A stretch of 64,000 bases of DNA from Candidatus Poribacteria bacterium (GTDB taxonomy: Bacteria > Poribacteria > WGA-4E > WGA-3G): positions 96,001 to 160,000 of the forward strand of contig OZ219753.1 in the NCBI GenBank assembly GCA_964291315.2. The letters are read 5' to 3'. A model generated the notes under the pieces. That model worked only from the letters and a program-made list of their open reading frames with translations, ran no database searches and was not told where the DNA came from. A program made the position numbers and the translations under genes. Shown piece by piece: positions 16,422-25,180 of the stretch (position 1 is its first letter; each line of letters begins with the position of its first letter).

Positions 16422-16859
16422 CTATAAGAGGCGGTGCGATTCTATCTGTTCGACGGCTGTTTTTGCTCCCTCCCGGACGAGCGCTGAGACATCGTCTCGG
16501 GCGAGTTGTTTGAGTTTACCGAGGCTGATATTCGCTGCCAATTTGCCGAGGGCGACGGCGACGAAATAACGGACATCGGCATCCTCGTCGTCTAGTGCCT
16601 CTAGCAGTACTTTTGCATCGTTCTCGGTGGCGAAGTGTCGGTCTGTGTCGCCAATATTAATCAGTGCTTGCGCGGCGATCCGGCGCGAGTGAAGGTCGCC
16701 GTGACGAAGAGAAACAAGGACTTCGTCATGGTTTCCATTAGGAATAACTGGCAGGTTGTCCCAGTCGCAATCCAAGCAGAACCATGAATTTTCATTTAAC
16801 CGTCGGAGATTCATGTTTTCGCAAGCTGGACATTTCCCAAATTCCTGTTTCTGGCTCAT
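16422..16859 (-). CDS. Zn-ribbon + HEAT/PBS-lyase repeat protein
   Basis: N-terminal CPAC...CLDC. 'LL.AL.DED..VR..VA.ALG' and 'D.S..VR..A..A' repeats. Confidence 0.75.
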   Translation of the reverse strand: MSQKQEFGKCPACENMNLRRLNENSWFCLDCDWDNLPVIPNGNHDEVLVSLRHGDLHSRRIAAQALINIGDTDRHFATENDAKVLLEALDDEDADVRYFVAVALGKLAANISLGKLKQLARDDVSALVREGAKTAVEQIESHRLL

Positions 16860-16973
16860 GATTTTATCCTTTGTGCTTCTGAGACAGGCCGTGGTAGGTG
16901 TGGCATCAGTTTGTGGTTTATCAGTTTCTCACTGTGATTGTTAAATATAAGAGAGAAGAGGTGTTTTCCGAAA

Positions 16974-17354
16974 TTATACCTCGGAAATCGGGTTTCCTTC
17001 CAATTCTGGTAACTCGCGCCAGATTTCGGGTCCTACTGGTTTAAAGTTGATGGTGGCGATGAACTGCATGCCGTGATAGAAATTGATTTTGAATTTGCCG
17101 CCCCCAAAGTTTTCCTTGAGATATTCCAAGGGTGCTTCGATCAATGGGCCCATTTCGTCCGCATAGTAGAAAGCGAGTGCTTTGAAGCGCACAGTATTGC
17201 CGACCGGTTCCTGTACAAGAAGCTGTGCAGCTGTCGCGGGGAAAAGCACTTCAAAGGCTTGCCAAAGCTCCGAGACAGTAGGGTTTATTTTTCCTATGCG
17301 TTTTTTGAAGTCGTTCTCAAGGTATTCTGAAAAAGTATTGAAAACCCATTCCAT
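16974..17354 (-). CDS. Hypothetical protein
   Basis: 126-aa ORF with protein-like composition, co-oriented within a minus-strand operon. Confidence 0.65.
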   Translation of the reverse strand: MEWVFNTFSEYLENDFKKRIGKINPTVSELWQAFEVLFPATAAQLLVQEPVGNTVRFKALAFYYADEMGPLIEAPLEYLKENFGGGKFKINFYHGMQFIATINFKPVGPEIWRELPELEGNPISEV

Positions 17355-17528
17355 AGTGGTTATCCGCTGTTCGTTGTTAGACGTGTCGTTCTCGGTGTTG
17401 GGGTAAGAGATGGTTTGGGTGAATCAGAGCTCTCTTTAGCCGTTAACCGATGGTTATCAGAGCGGTGCCTTTAAGAAGTCCTTCCAGTCGAAATTAGGCA
17501 GAGGGAACTCCTCTGTGGCTTCACATTG

Positions 17529-17942
17529 TCAAAATGTTGCAGCTTTCTCAAAGAACTCGATATCTACGCGTTCAATATCTGATTTTTTTGCATTTTCAGC
17601 GACTCGCTGCACGACCATCTCACGGACGAACGGGATCGGTATCCGTTTGATTCGGTGTTCAACTTCCTCTGTACAAGGCACTGAGGTGTTGTCTAGGAAT
17701 GGCCCGTCTTGCATGAGTGCTTCTGCCGGATGCTTACATGTTTCTGGTACGAGTTGTTGCAAGCGCATTGAGACGTAATTCGTTACCCATTCCTTGAATG
17801 CTTCGGATTTTTCGGTATCAACGTTCTCGACACTGGAACGTTCTGCCAATTTCTCGTTGATACTGACGAGTAAGTTTTCCACACGTGTTAAGCGTTCTTC
17901 CACTTCTGTTAGCCGTTCGCGTGTGTCCGTTTTTTCGTTCAT
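17529..17942 (-). CDS. Coiled-coil protein with C-terminal PCP-reductase (PCP_red)-like domain
   Basis: N-terminal heptads (RLTEVEERLTRVENLL). C-terminal 'TEEVEHRIKRIPIPFVREMVVQRVAENAKK...V' resembles PCP_red. AGGAG RBS. Confidence 0.75.
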   Translation of the reverse strand: MNEKTDTRERLTEVEERLTRVENLLVSINEKLAERSSVENVDTEKSEAFKEWVTNYVSMRLQQLVPETCKHPAEALMQDGPFLDNTSVPCTEEVEHRIKRIPIPFVREMVVQRVAENAKKSDIERVDIEFFEKAATF

Positions 17943-18081
17943 CTTTTCTCCTTTTTTTATCTACCTTGCGATTCGTTTCGGGGATTCTATGATAATTCCC
18001 TCTTCATGGATAGAACTCGACGCGTTGGTTGAGACTACGGATTTTGGTCAAGAGCTCACAACGGGTGGCGGTTGGCACCTC

Positions 18082-18798
18082 TCAGATTACCCAGTATTTC
18101 CAGAGATCTTCTGGAATTTCATATTTAATTTTTTCCCGATGTTTGTGAGAATAGCGGGCAAAAAGACCGAAACGTGGAACGTTTCTCACATTTGATGAAC
18201 CGGTATGACAAAGGAAAGCGTGCCACAGCACAACATCCCCTGCAGCGCCAATAAACTCTCGTGGGTCCTGCGGCGATAAATTCGAAAGTATGTGCCACCC
18301 CCAATCTTTAATATCGTAGAAACTGCCGTCGATCTGCTGTGGGTATTGGCGGAAATAATTGTGCGTTGAGCGGTGACTGCCGGGCCAGAAAACGAAGGCA
18401 CCGCCGCCGGGTTCAACGTCATAGAGATAAGTCGTTGCCCCGAACATAAAGGGGCTCCAAGCACCGCCGTAAGCATCGATGTGTCCGTCTTTGGGCATTG
18501 CCCACTTTTCCTCAGGGTTGGGCCATTTAACAAGCGGTGATCCGCCGCCCCCCGTAAATTGGCCACCGCCAAGCTGCTGGCTAATTTCTTGCATTATAGG
18601 TAGGTGCCCGAACACGGGCGAGAAGTTGAAGTTTTGGATCACGTAGTCATTGGGCCATGTTTCTGGTGTTTCTAAGCTGGAATTAAAATGTTTCCAGACT
18701 TGTTCACGCCATCCATCAATTGTGTCAGAATCGACTAGGTTTTTAAGCGTGAGGTATCCGTGTTCCTGAAAAAATGCTATCTGTTGTGTTGTGAGCAT
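18082..18798 (-). CDS. PhyH family Fe(II)/2-oxoglutarate dioxygenase
   Basis: 'LT.QQI.FF.E.GYL', 'HID', 'GG.F.FWPGSH' and 'AGDVVLWH..L.H'. Start ATG 18798 after AGGAG. Confidence 0.88.
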   Translation of the reverse strand: MLTTQQIAFFQEHGYLTLKNLVDSDTIDGWREQVWKHFNSSLETPETWPNDYVIQNFNFSPVFGHLPIMQEISQQLGGGQFTGGGGSPLVKWPNPEEKWAMPKDGHIDAYGGAWSPFMFGATTYLYDVEPGGGAFVFWPGSHRSTHNYFRQYPQQIDGSFYDIKDWGWHILSNLSPQDPREFIGAAGDVVLWHAFLCHTGSSNVRNVPRFGLFARYSHKHREKIKYEIPEDLWKYWVI

Positions 18799-18808
18799 AC
18801 GGTTCTCC

Positions 18809-20149
18809 TTAGCGTTTGGGTCTGAAAGACGGGATGCCCGTTTTATCAAAGCGTTTCTTGATCGCTTTCATCAATTCAGGTGTAACTTCTCTGTGCCCCT
18901 GCTCACGTGCGTATTTTTCCACACTTTTGACAACCATACCGCGTGCAAATGACGGTACACGCTTCAACCGCTTTTCTGCTGCCGGTGTCCACTGCAGATC
19001 ATAATCGCTTTCCGTTGCGAAAGCAACCTTTTTTTCTATTTGAACAGGAGGCGTGTTGTATTGCCCAGGTTCATATTCACACGACGCATCTTCGGCAAGG
19101 TAATTGCCTGTAGTTGCATAAGCACGCGCGCGACACCCGCCGCAGACCTCTCTGAATTCACACATGCCACACTTACCTTCAAGTAAGTCGCGATTCCGCA
19201 ATTCTTGAAAGGTCTCTGATTCGTTCCAGAGTTTGGTAAAGCTTTCTTCCTTGAGGTTACCCACACTAACGGGTAAATATGGGCACGGGGTCAGTTCGCC
19301 CTCGGGCGTGATGCGGCAATAATAGATACCACATGGACAGGTGCCACTCGGATAGCCTTGAAGGAAAGAGGAGTCAGATTGTTGTTCATAGATGACGCGT
19401 TTATAATGCGGGGCACATTTTGCCGCGATAAGCATCTTCCCGGTATAAGCGGCCTGCAACTTGAAAAGTGTTTCCAACATATTTTCGTACTGCGTTGCCG
19501 TAATGTCCATCACTGTCTTGCCTCTTCCTGTTCGGACGAGGAAGTAGAGGTTTAGCACCTTCGCGCCAAGCTGGTAAGCAAACTCTACGATTTTTGGGAT
19601 TTCGTCGTAGTTCCATTGCGTCACGGAGGTTTGAAGCAGGAAGTCGAGCTGTGCGCGTTTGAGTGCTTCAACGCCGTTTATTGCTGCTTGCCACGCGCCT
19701 TCCATACCGCGAAATTTATCATGATCTGTAGGTTGGATAGAATCTAGGCTGATACCTGCGCCCGTGACGCCGTGTTGTTGCATCTTTTCAACTACTTCGT
19801 CGTTCAGTAAGACACCGTTTGTCCCCATGACGACAAGGAACCCGGTATCGGAGGCATATTTAGATATCTCCAAGATATCAGGTCGTAATAACGGTTCACC
19901 GCCGGTGAGAATGAGCAGGATATGCGGATTGATTTCAGCGATTTCATCAATAACCCGGAAACATTGGGATTGGTTGAGTTCGGCCTGCCTTGAATGCGCT
20001 GATGCGTCTTCAATATCAGAGAGGTTAAGATTTCCATTCACGAGCTCGTTTGTGTCCACAAATCCTGCGGGAAGGTAGCAGTGTGTACACTTTAGGTTAC
20101 AGAGCCGGGTGATGTTCCATGAAACGGCTTGCACTTTTGTATGTGTCAT
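18809..20149 (-). CDS. Radical SAM/SPASM protein, AhbD/NirJ-like, with C-terminal PCP_red-like domain
   Basis: CNLKCTHC, 'TGGEPLLR.D' and 'CAPHY'. SPASM cysteines 'CPCG...PCPY...KCGMC....CGGCRARA...C'. C-terminal 'WTPAAEKRLKRVPSFARGMV...VEKYA'. Confidence 0.88.
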   Translation of the reverse strand: MTHTKVQAVSWNITRLCNLKCTHCYLPAGFVDTNELVNGNLNLSDIEDASAHSRQAELNQSQCFRVIDEIAEINPHILLILTGGEPLLRPDILEISKYASDTGFLVVMGTNGVLLNDEVVEKMQQHGVTGAGISLDSIQPTDHDKFRGMEGAWQAAINGVEALKRAQLDFLLQTSVTQWNYDEIPKIVEFAYQLGAKVLNLYFLVRTGRGKTVMDITATQYENMLETLFKLQAAYTGKMLIAAKCAPHYKRVIYEQQSDSSFLQGYPSGTCPCGIYYCRITPEGELTPCPYLPVSVGNLKEESFTKLWNESETFQELRNRDLLEGKCGMCEFREVCGGCRARAYATTGNYLAEDASCEYEPGQYNTPPVQIEKKVAFATESDYDLQWTPAAEKRLKRVPSFARGMVVKSVEKYAREQGHREVTPELMKAIKKRFDKTGIPSFRPKR

Positions 20150-20259
20150 GTTTTTTTATGGATAAAAGGAGCAAAGTCGGAAAAATGGAAGGTTGCGGAA
20201 AGCGCTCTGTTCCAAACTTCTAGGTCTAACACTGCTCCAAAGGTTCTTGTTTTTTGAAA

Positions 20260-20742
20260 TTAATTTTTCAACAGCAATGTAAGTGCGAAAACCATTAATC
20301 CGGCTACCAGCATCAGACCTCTCCAGACGTTGATATGACGGCTCTGGTTCTGATGTGCTTTCTCGTCAGGCGGAGCAACTTCGAGGTGTCTCCGGTAGAA
20401 CGAGTTATACAATCCCCAAAAGAGTGCCATAACGCCGAATGCAGCGAGTTTCGCGACGAAAATTAACATATAGGTTTTGAAATCGTCGTTCCTGTTTCCT
20501 GCAAAGAAACCGTTGTTCCATGCGACAATAAAAAACACCATCGCGCCTGTCGTCAGCAAAACGTGAATCATCAACCGTATCAGCGTCCGAAAACGGTTGT
20601 GGATCGCTAAGAGGTTTTGTGTTGGTAAGTTTTGCTGTAGAATCGGCATGACGACGAAGGTGGAAAAAATTACACCGCCGAACCAGATGATCGCTGCTAT
20701 CAGGTGAACGCTCCGGATGAAAAGTTCTACGCTCTCCCGCAT
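20260..20742 (-). CDS. CopD/DUF4149-like four-helix membrane protein
   Basis: 'HLIAAIIWFGG..F...V..P' and four hydrophobic segments. ATG 20742 after GGAG, with TTGACT-17-TATTAT upstream. Confidence 0.7.
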   Translation of the reverse strand: MRESVELFIRSVHLIAAIIWFGGVIFSTFVVMPILQQNLPTQNLLAIHNRFRTLIRLMIHVLLTTGAMVFFIVAWNNGFFAGNRNDDFKTYMLIFVAKLAAFGVMALFWGLYNSFYRRHLEVAPPDEKAHQNQSRHINVWRGLMLVAGLMVFALTLLLKN

Positions 20743-20855
20743 TTTTCTCCACAATCCGTAGTTTTCAAAAATAATACCACATTTCGCGTCTAAAGTCAAA
20801 TTTGATTTGGGATGAAATTGGGTCGTCGTTCCAACACCCATCGTGCCGTGCTGTG

Positions 20856-21839
20856 TTATTGTTCGGTTTCCATCGGTAGCGTAACCTTGCTCTTCTCCTT
20901 CGCCGATTGATAGGTTGCTAAGACGACTTCTACTGCGTGTCTTCCGCCGGTGCCGTCAATCATAGGCGTTTTGTTGTCTCTAATGCAGTCAACAAAATGC
21001 TTGAGTTCCCCGGCAACTCCGTGGGGTGCGTCACGGTTTGGAACGATTTTCTTCCAGTCACCGCCGAGTTTTTTGAAATAGGCGAGATCGGCTGCCATAT
21101 CCAAACGGAGTGAACCTTTTGTGCCATCGATGATAGTTTCATTAGTGCCTCGTGCCCCGAGGAAGCCGCCCCATCGCAAAATACCCACCGTCCCTGAATC
21201 GTAGCGGATGAGGGAGACAGTGTAATCTTCCCAATCATCATGCCCAGAGAAGCTGCCGACTTCAGCAGCAACTGTGAGGGCGGTACCGCCGAACCAGTTA
21301 ATCAGATCGGATTTGTGAATGCCATTTTCTAAGAGTCCACCGACAGTACCGTACCAACTTTCCGGACGGGTACGCGGGGCGTTATAGGGACCCGTGTAGT
21401 CGGTTTCGATGTAGGTGATGTTTCCAATATCACCGGCATCCACTATCTGTCTGCCGAGTTCATGGACAGGGTAAAAGCGTAGGACCTGTCCTACCATTAA
21501 ATGTGTACCTGCCTTATCCGATGCCTCAATCATTGTATCTGCTTCGGCAAGGGTCAAGGAGAGCGGTTTTTCACAGAAAATGTGTACGCCAGCCTCAGCG
21601 GCATCAACGACAACTTGTGTATGTGCAACGGGCGGTGTTGCAACGACGACCGCGTCCACGCGCTCGAATAATTCTTGATAGTTCTGAAACGCTCGAATCC
21701 GATGCTGTGCGGCGACGGCTTCTGCTGTTTCCAAACGGAGGTCTGCTACACCTATGAACTCACAATTTTCAACGTTCGGGAGCGAGTTGCAATGGGCATT
21801 TCCCATCCCCCCTACACCGACTACACCTATGCGAACCAT
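20856..21839 (-). CDS. Gfo/Idh/MocA family oxidoreductase
   Basis: 'GVVGVGGMG', 'ATPP..H', 'HIFCEKP' and 'GG.L.E.GIH..D'. Confidence 0.93.
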   Translation of the reverse strand: MVRIGVVGVGGMGNAHCNSLPNVENCEFIGVADLRLETAEAVAAQHRIRAFQNYQELFERVDAVVVATPPVAHTQVVVDAAEAGVHIFCEKPLSLTLAEADTMIEASDKAGTHLMVGQVLRFYPVHELGRQIVDAGDIGNITYIETDYTGPYNAPRTRPESWYGTVGGLLENGIHKSDLINWFGGTALTVAAEVGSFSGHDDWEDYTVSLIRYDSGTVGILRWGGFLGARGTNETIIDGTKGSLRLDMAADLAYFKKLGGDWKKIVPNRDAPHGVAGELKHFVDCIRDNKTPMIDGTGGRHAVEVVLATYQSAKEKSKVTLPMETEQ

Positions 21840-21946
21840 GTTAAATCTCCTTCCTTACAGCTATGGGCAGTCTACTTAAAAATCTGTGTGGCATGAACAA
21901 TAAACATAAACGCCACAAGCTTCTCTTCTTTGCTGCCTGCTGATTC

Positions 21947-22621
21947 CTATTTCTTCATTAACCATTTTATCGTTGAGATTGCGACTACGATACCAAAAAC
22001 GAGGAGTATCCATTTGATGTATGGTGATGCCTTTTCACCGAGATAAGAGTAAACTAAGGTGGCTGGCAGCTGCCCGATTCCAGTGGCAATCCAAAAACTG
22101 GGAAACTGCATACGGGTTACCCCCGCGAAGTAACTGACAGCATCAAAAGAGATAAACGGCATTAATCGAGCAATAAAAATTGCATAAGTGCCATATTTTT
22201 CAACAAAGTCATTTGCTTTGTCAGCTGCGGGTTGGCTCATTAAGGCTGTTACCTGTTGAACCCCAAGGGCGCGAGCGATGTAAAAGCAGCATGCTGCGCC
22301 GACCATTGAACTGCTCCAAGATAGGAGTAAACCCCACCAGAACCCAAAAAGCGTGCCGTTTGCAAAAGTGATCAGAAACGCCGGCAGCGGCGCGATCACG
22401 CTCTGAAAAATCATCAAAATTGCTGATACAACAGGTGCAAGGGCCCCATAATTCGCGATGTACGCCCGTGCGGTTTCAACATTCTGAAAAGCGGAGGAGA
22501 GTTCAAGAAGGTATTTCCAAATCTGTTGGTGATAGACTGCCAGAACGATCGCCGCAATTAGCAACGCCAATAGCAATATAATGTGCCGTTTTTTGTGGAC
22601 GTTAGGTGCTACCTTGGACAT
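21947..22621 (-). CDS. TVP38/TMEM64 (DedA/VTT domain) membrane protein
   Basis: 'QSVIAPLPAF.IT.ANG.LFG', 'ARLMP..SFD.VSY.AG' and 'GQLPAT'. Confidence 0.9.
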   Translation of the reverse strand: MSKVAPNVHKKRHIILLLALLIAAIVLAVYHQQIWKYLLELSSAFQNVETARAYIANYGALAPVVSAILMIFQSVIAPLPAFLITFANGTLFGFWWGLLLSWSSSMVGAACCFYIARALGVQQVTALMSQPAADKANDFVEKYGTYAIFIARLMPFISFDAVSYFAGVTRMQFPSFWIATGIGQLPATLVYSYLGEKASPYIKWILLVFGIVVAISTIKWLMKK

Positions 22622-22656
22622 CGGACATCTTGTCGGGATGACAGGCCGGAGTCTGC

Positions 22657-23592
22657 CTACTCCTTTGCTTGCTGTATCAGTGCGTTATTCATGCGTTCCT
22701 GAATTTCGCGTATTTTCTCATCTGTCCAATTGTAAAAGCCTTCCTGAGATTTCACACCGAGTTTGCCAGACTCAACCATTTCTCCGAGGAGCGGATTGAT
22801 GTCGGACGAATTGTTAAGGTCTTTATAGAGATCTTCAAAGGCGGCAAGTACTAAGTCCCACCCTGCGAGTTCGAAAACCTCAAAAGGGCCAGCGACGCTG
22901 AGTCGTCGCCCGAAACTGTTTCGCACAACAAGATCGACGGTTTCTGCGCTAGCGATACCGCGTTCTACGATAGCGAATGCTTCCCGAATCAAGGCGGCTT
23001 GTAGCCGGGGGCCCACGAAACCCGGGGCCTCTTTTTCTATTATTGCAGGCGTTTTACCGATAGCTGTAAAGAGCTCGAACGTTGCTTTAACTGTTTCGTC
23101 AGAGGTATCGGGGCTGCGGATGATTTCGACCAACGGTATCAAATAAGGCGGATTAAAATAGTGGGTGTTGAGTATCTTATCCTTGCGGTTGGCGTTCGCG
23201 CCGATTTGACTCGGCATTAGGGCGGTGGTGTTGCTTGCTAAAATGGTATGCTGCGGACAAATTACGTCTAATTTTTCAAAGACCTGCTGTTTTAGTGGTA
23301 AATTTTCTGTGACGGCTTCTACTACAAAATCTGCGTTTTCTACGCCAGCTTCGAGGTCTGTATGAGTCTGGATCCGCTCCAACGTTGCCCGGGTGCTCCC
23401 CTTTTCAATAATAGCGTTTTCTGCAAGCACTTTGAGGTTTTTCTCAATTTGAGTGCGCGCTGTTTCGAGTTGATCGTCGGTCAGATCCTGCAAATGGACA
23501 TTATAGCCTGCGCTAGCGAACTCTTGCGCGATGCCGTGTCCCATTAACCCAGCCCCGATCACTGCAATTTGCACGATCCTGTCAATTGTCAT
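22657..23592 (-). CDS. 3-hydroxyacyl-CoA dehydrogenase family protein
   Basis: 'GAGLMG.GIA', 'EAV.E.L..KQ', 'ASNT', 'H.FNPP...PLVE' and 'PGF...RL'. Start ATG 23592. Confidence 0.92.
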   Translation of the reverse strand: MTIDRIVQIAVIGAGLMGHGIAQEFASAGYNVHLQDLTDDQLETARTQIEKNLKVLAENAIIEKGSTRATLERIQTHTDLEAGVENADFVVEAVTENLPLKQQVFEKLDVICPQHTILASNTTALMPSQIGANANRKDKILNTHYFNPPYLIPLVEIIRSPDTSDETVKATFELFTAIGKTPAIIEKEAPGFVGPRLQAALIREAFAIVERGIASAETVDLVVRNSFGRRLSVAGPFEVFELAGWDLVLAAFEDLYKDLNNSSDINPLLGEMVESGKLGVKSQEGFYNWTDEKIREIQERMNNALIQQAKE

Positions 23593-24280
23593 TTGTCCTC
23601 CTACCGGCAATAACAATCGTAAATTCACCGCGCGGTTCAGTGCCTCGGAATTTTTGGAGTGCTTCTCTGACATTCCCGCGGAATATTTCTTCAAATCGTT
23701 TTGTTAACTCGCGCGTCACAACGATGTTGCGCTCGCCGAGTACTTCGAGAGCATCTTCGAGGAAACGTCGAAGTCGATGTGGAGATTCAAAAAAGATTAA
23801 CGTTCTTTCTTCGTCTGCGAATCTGATCAATTGCCGTTTCCTTTTTCCTGATTTCGGAGAGAGAAAGCCTTCAAAGGCGAAGTTATGCAGCGGTAGCCCA
23901 GAGATAGATGCCGCTGCGACGACTGCTGATGCGCCCGGAATAGGAACAATAGGAATTTCTGCTTCGATACATCGACGCAAAAGTGGATACCCTGGGTCTG
24001 AAATAACGGGCGTACCAGCGTCTGATACAAGGGCAACCGTCTCGCCTGTTTGTAAGCAGGCGAGCAGCTTGTCACACTTTGCTCGTTCGTTACCTTCAAA
24101 GTAGCTTGTGAGTGCGGTTTGAATGTTGTAATGCGTTAGCAAGCGGCTAGTTTGACGGGTATCCTCGGCTGCGATGAGATCCACTTCCTTGAGGATACGT
24201 AGGGCGCGTAAGGTAATATCCTCTAAATTCCCAATAGGAGTGCTGACGAGGTAGAGTGTGCCGGCTGGTGTGTTCTGCAT
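23582..24280 (-). CDS. rsmI: 16S rRNA (cytidine1402-2'-O)-methyltransferase
   Basis: 'LYLVSTPIGNLEDIT.RA', 'AAEDTR', 'VSDAGTP.ISDPG', 'FESPHR' and 'RELTK.FEE'. Confidence 0.96.
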   Translation of the reverse strand: MQNTPAGTLYLVSTPIGNLEDITLRALRILKEVDLIAAEDTRQTSRLLTHYNIQTALTSYFEGNERAKCDKLLACLQTGETVALVSDAGTPVISDPGYPLLRRCIEAEIPIVPIPGASAVVAAASISGLPLHNFAFEGFLSPKSGKRKRQLIRFADEERTLIFFESPHRLRRFLEDALEVLGERNIVVTRELTKRFEEIFRGNVREALQKFRGTEPRGEFTIVIAGRRTNDN

Positions 24281-24314
24281 TTTGTTGGTGGCTGTTCGCT
24301 TTTAGGCATTCCCG

Positions 24315-24343
24315 TTGCCATGTTGTGCGTTTCGTGCTAAATT
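24315..24343 (+). promoter_or_regulatory. sigma70 promoter positioned for a leaderless transcript
   Basis: TTGCCA, 17 nt, (TGC)TAAATT, ending 7 nt before ATG 24351. No Shine-Dalgarno. Confidence 0.55.
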
Positions 24344-24350
24344 ACAGACT

Positions 24351-25163
24351 ATGCGAATTATCTACGTCACGTTAGGTCTAATCTGTTTGCTAACCCCGGC
24401 GTGTGCACAGACTACTCCTCACAAACGTCCTTATGAAGTGTCGCGTCCGCTCTATGTCGGTGCGCGGGCGTTAGCGATGGGCAACGCCTTCACTGCTGTC
24501 GCCGATGATGCCACTGCTGGTTTTTGGAATCCCGCGGGTCTCATTCAGTGGCAAGGGATCCGACTCTTTGCTGTCAATAAGTTTCACGACCGCGCTGATT
24601 ACCGTTTTGATCCGAAAGGGATCGGCTATGGTTACCGAGGCTACGGCCTTTTTTGGGGTAACAAAATTGCTATCGGCATTGATAACGACGTGCCTGACTT
24701 CAACTATTATAGTGTCGCTCGTCAATTTGGGGCCTATACCGCTGCAGGATTAAGTCTCAAATTTAAACGGAGACATCCATCTAATGTCTATCAGTTCTTC
24801 GGCTACCAGACAGCTTACGATCTCGGTTTACTTATCAAACCTCGCCCGAATCTCACCTTCGGATGCCTTGCGCAGAATCTAGAGGGGTTCGGTATTCAGT
24901 GGCTGACACTCGGTAGTGCTTACCGCTATGCTGCACTCTATTTTTCTGCAGATGTAGCGGTTTCTACCCAAGGAAAAACACCGGAGTTTTACATAGGAAC
25001 TGAGTGGCATCCTTTCCATTTTCTCCCTATCCGACTCGGCATTTCAAACGGCATTCTGACAGCCGGAGTAGGGGTTGTATGGAGAGGCATTCAGATCAAC
25101 TATGCTCGGATTTTTGAAGCTCCTTTCGCGTCCGATTTTGCCGAATTAGCTATCGGTTTCTAG
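24351..25163 (+). CDS. PorV/PorQ-like (UPF0164/FadL-related) outer-membrane beta-barrel
   Basis: Signal peptide, 'GARALAMG.AF.AVADDA.A.FWNPAGL', alternating beta-strands and C-terminal Phe. Confidence 0.75.
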   Translation: MRIIYVTLGLICLLTPACAQTTPHKRPYEVSRPLYVGARALAMGNAFTAVADDATAGFWNPAGLIQWQGIRLFAVNKFHDRADYRFDPKGIGYGYRGYGLFWGNKIAIGIDNDVPDFNYYSVARQFGAYTAAGLSLKFKRRHPSNVYQFFGYQTAYDLGLLIKPRPNLTFGCLAQNLEGFGIQWLTLGSAYRYAALYFSADVAVSTQGKTPEFYIGTEWHPFHFLPIRLGISNGILTAGVGVVWRGIQINYARIFEAPFASDFAELAIGF

Positions 25164-25180
25164 TAGCTAGATAGCGAAAA

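Noticed and set aside
17529-20149. Chlorophyll biosynthesis implied by PCP_red domains
   Set aside because: Only the small C-terminal domain is present, with no BchL/N/B catalytic subunits or photosynthesis genes.
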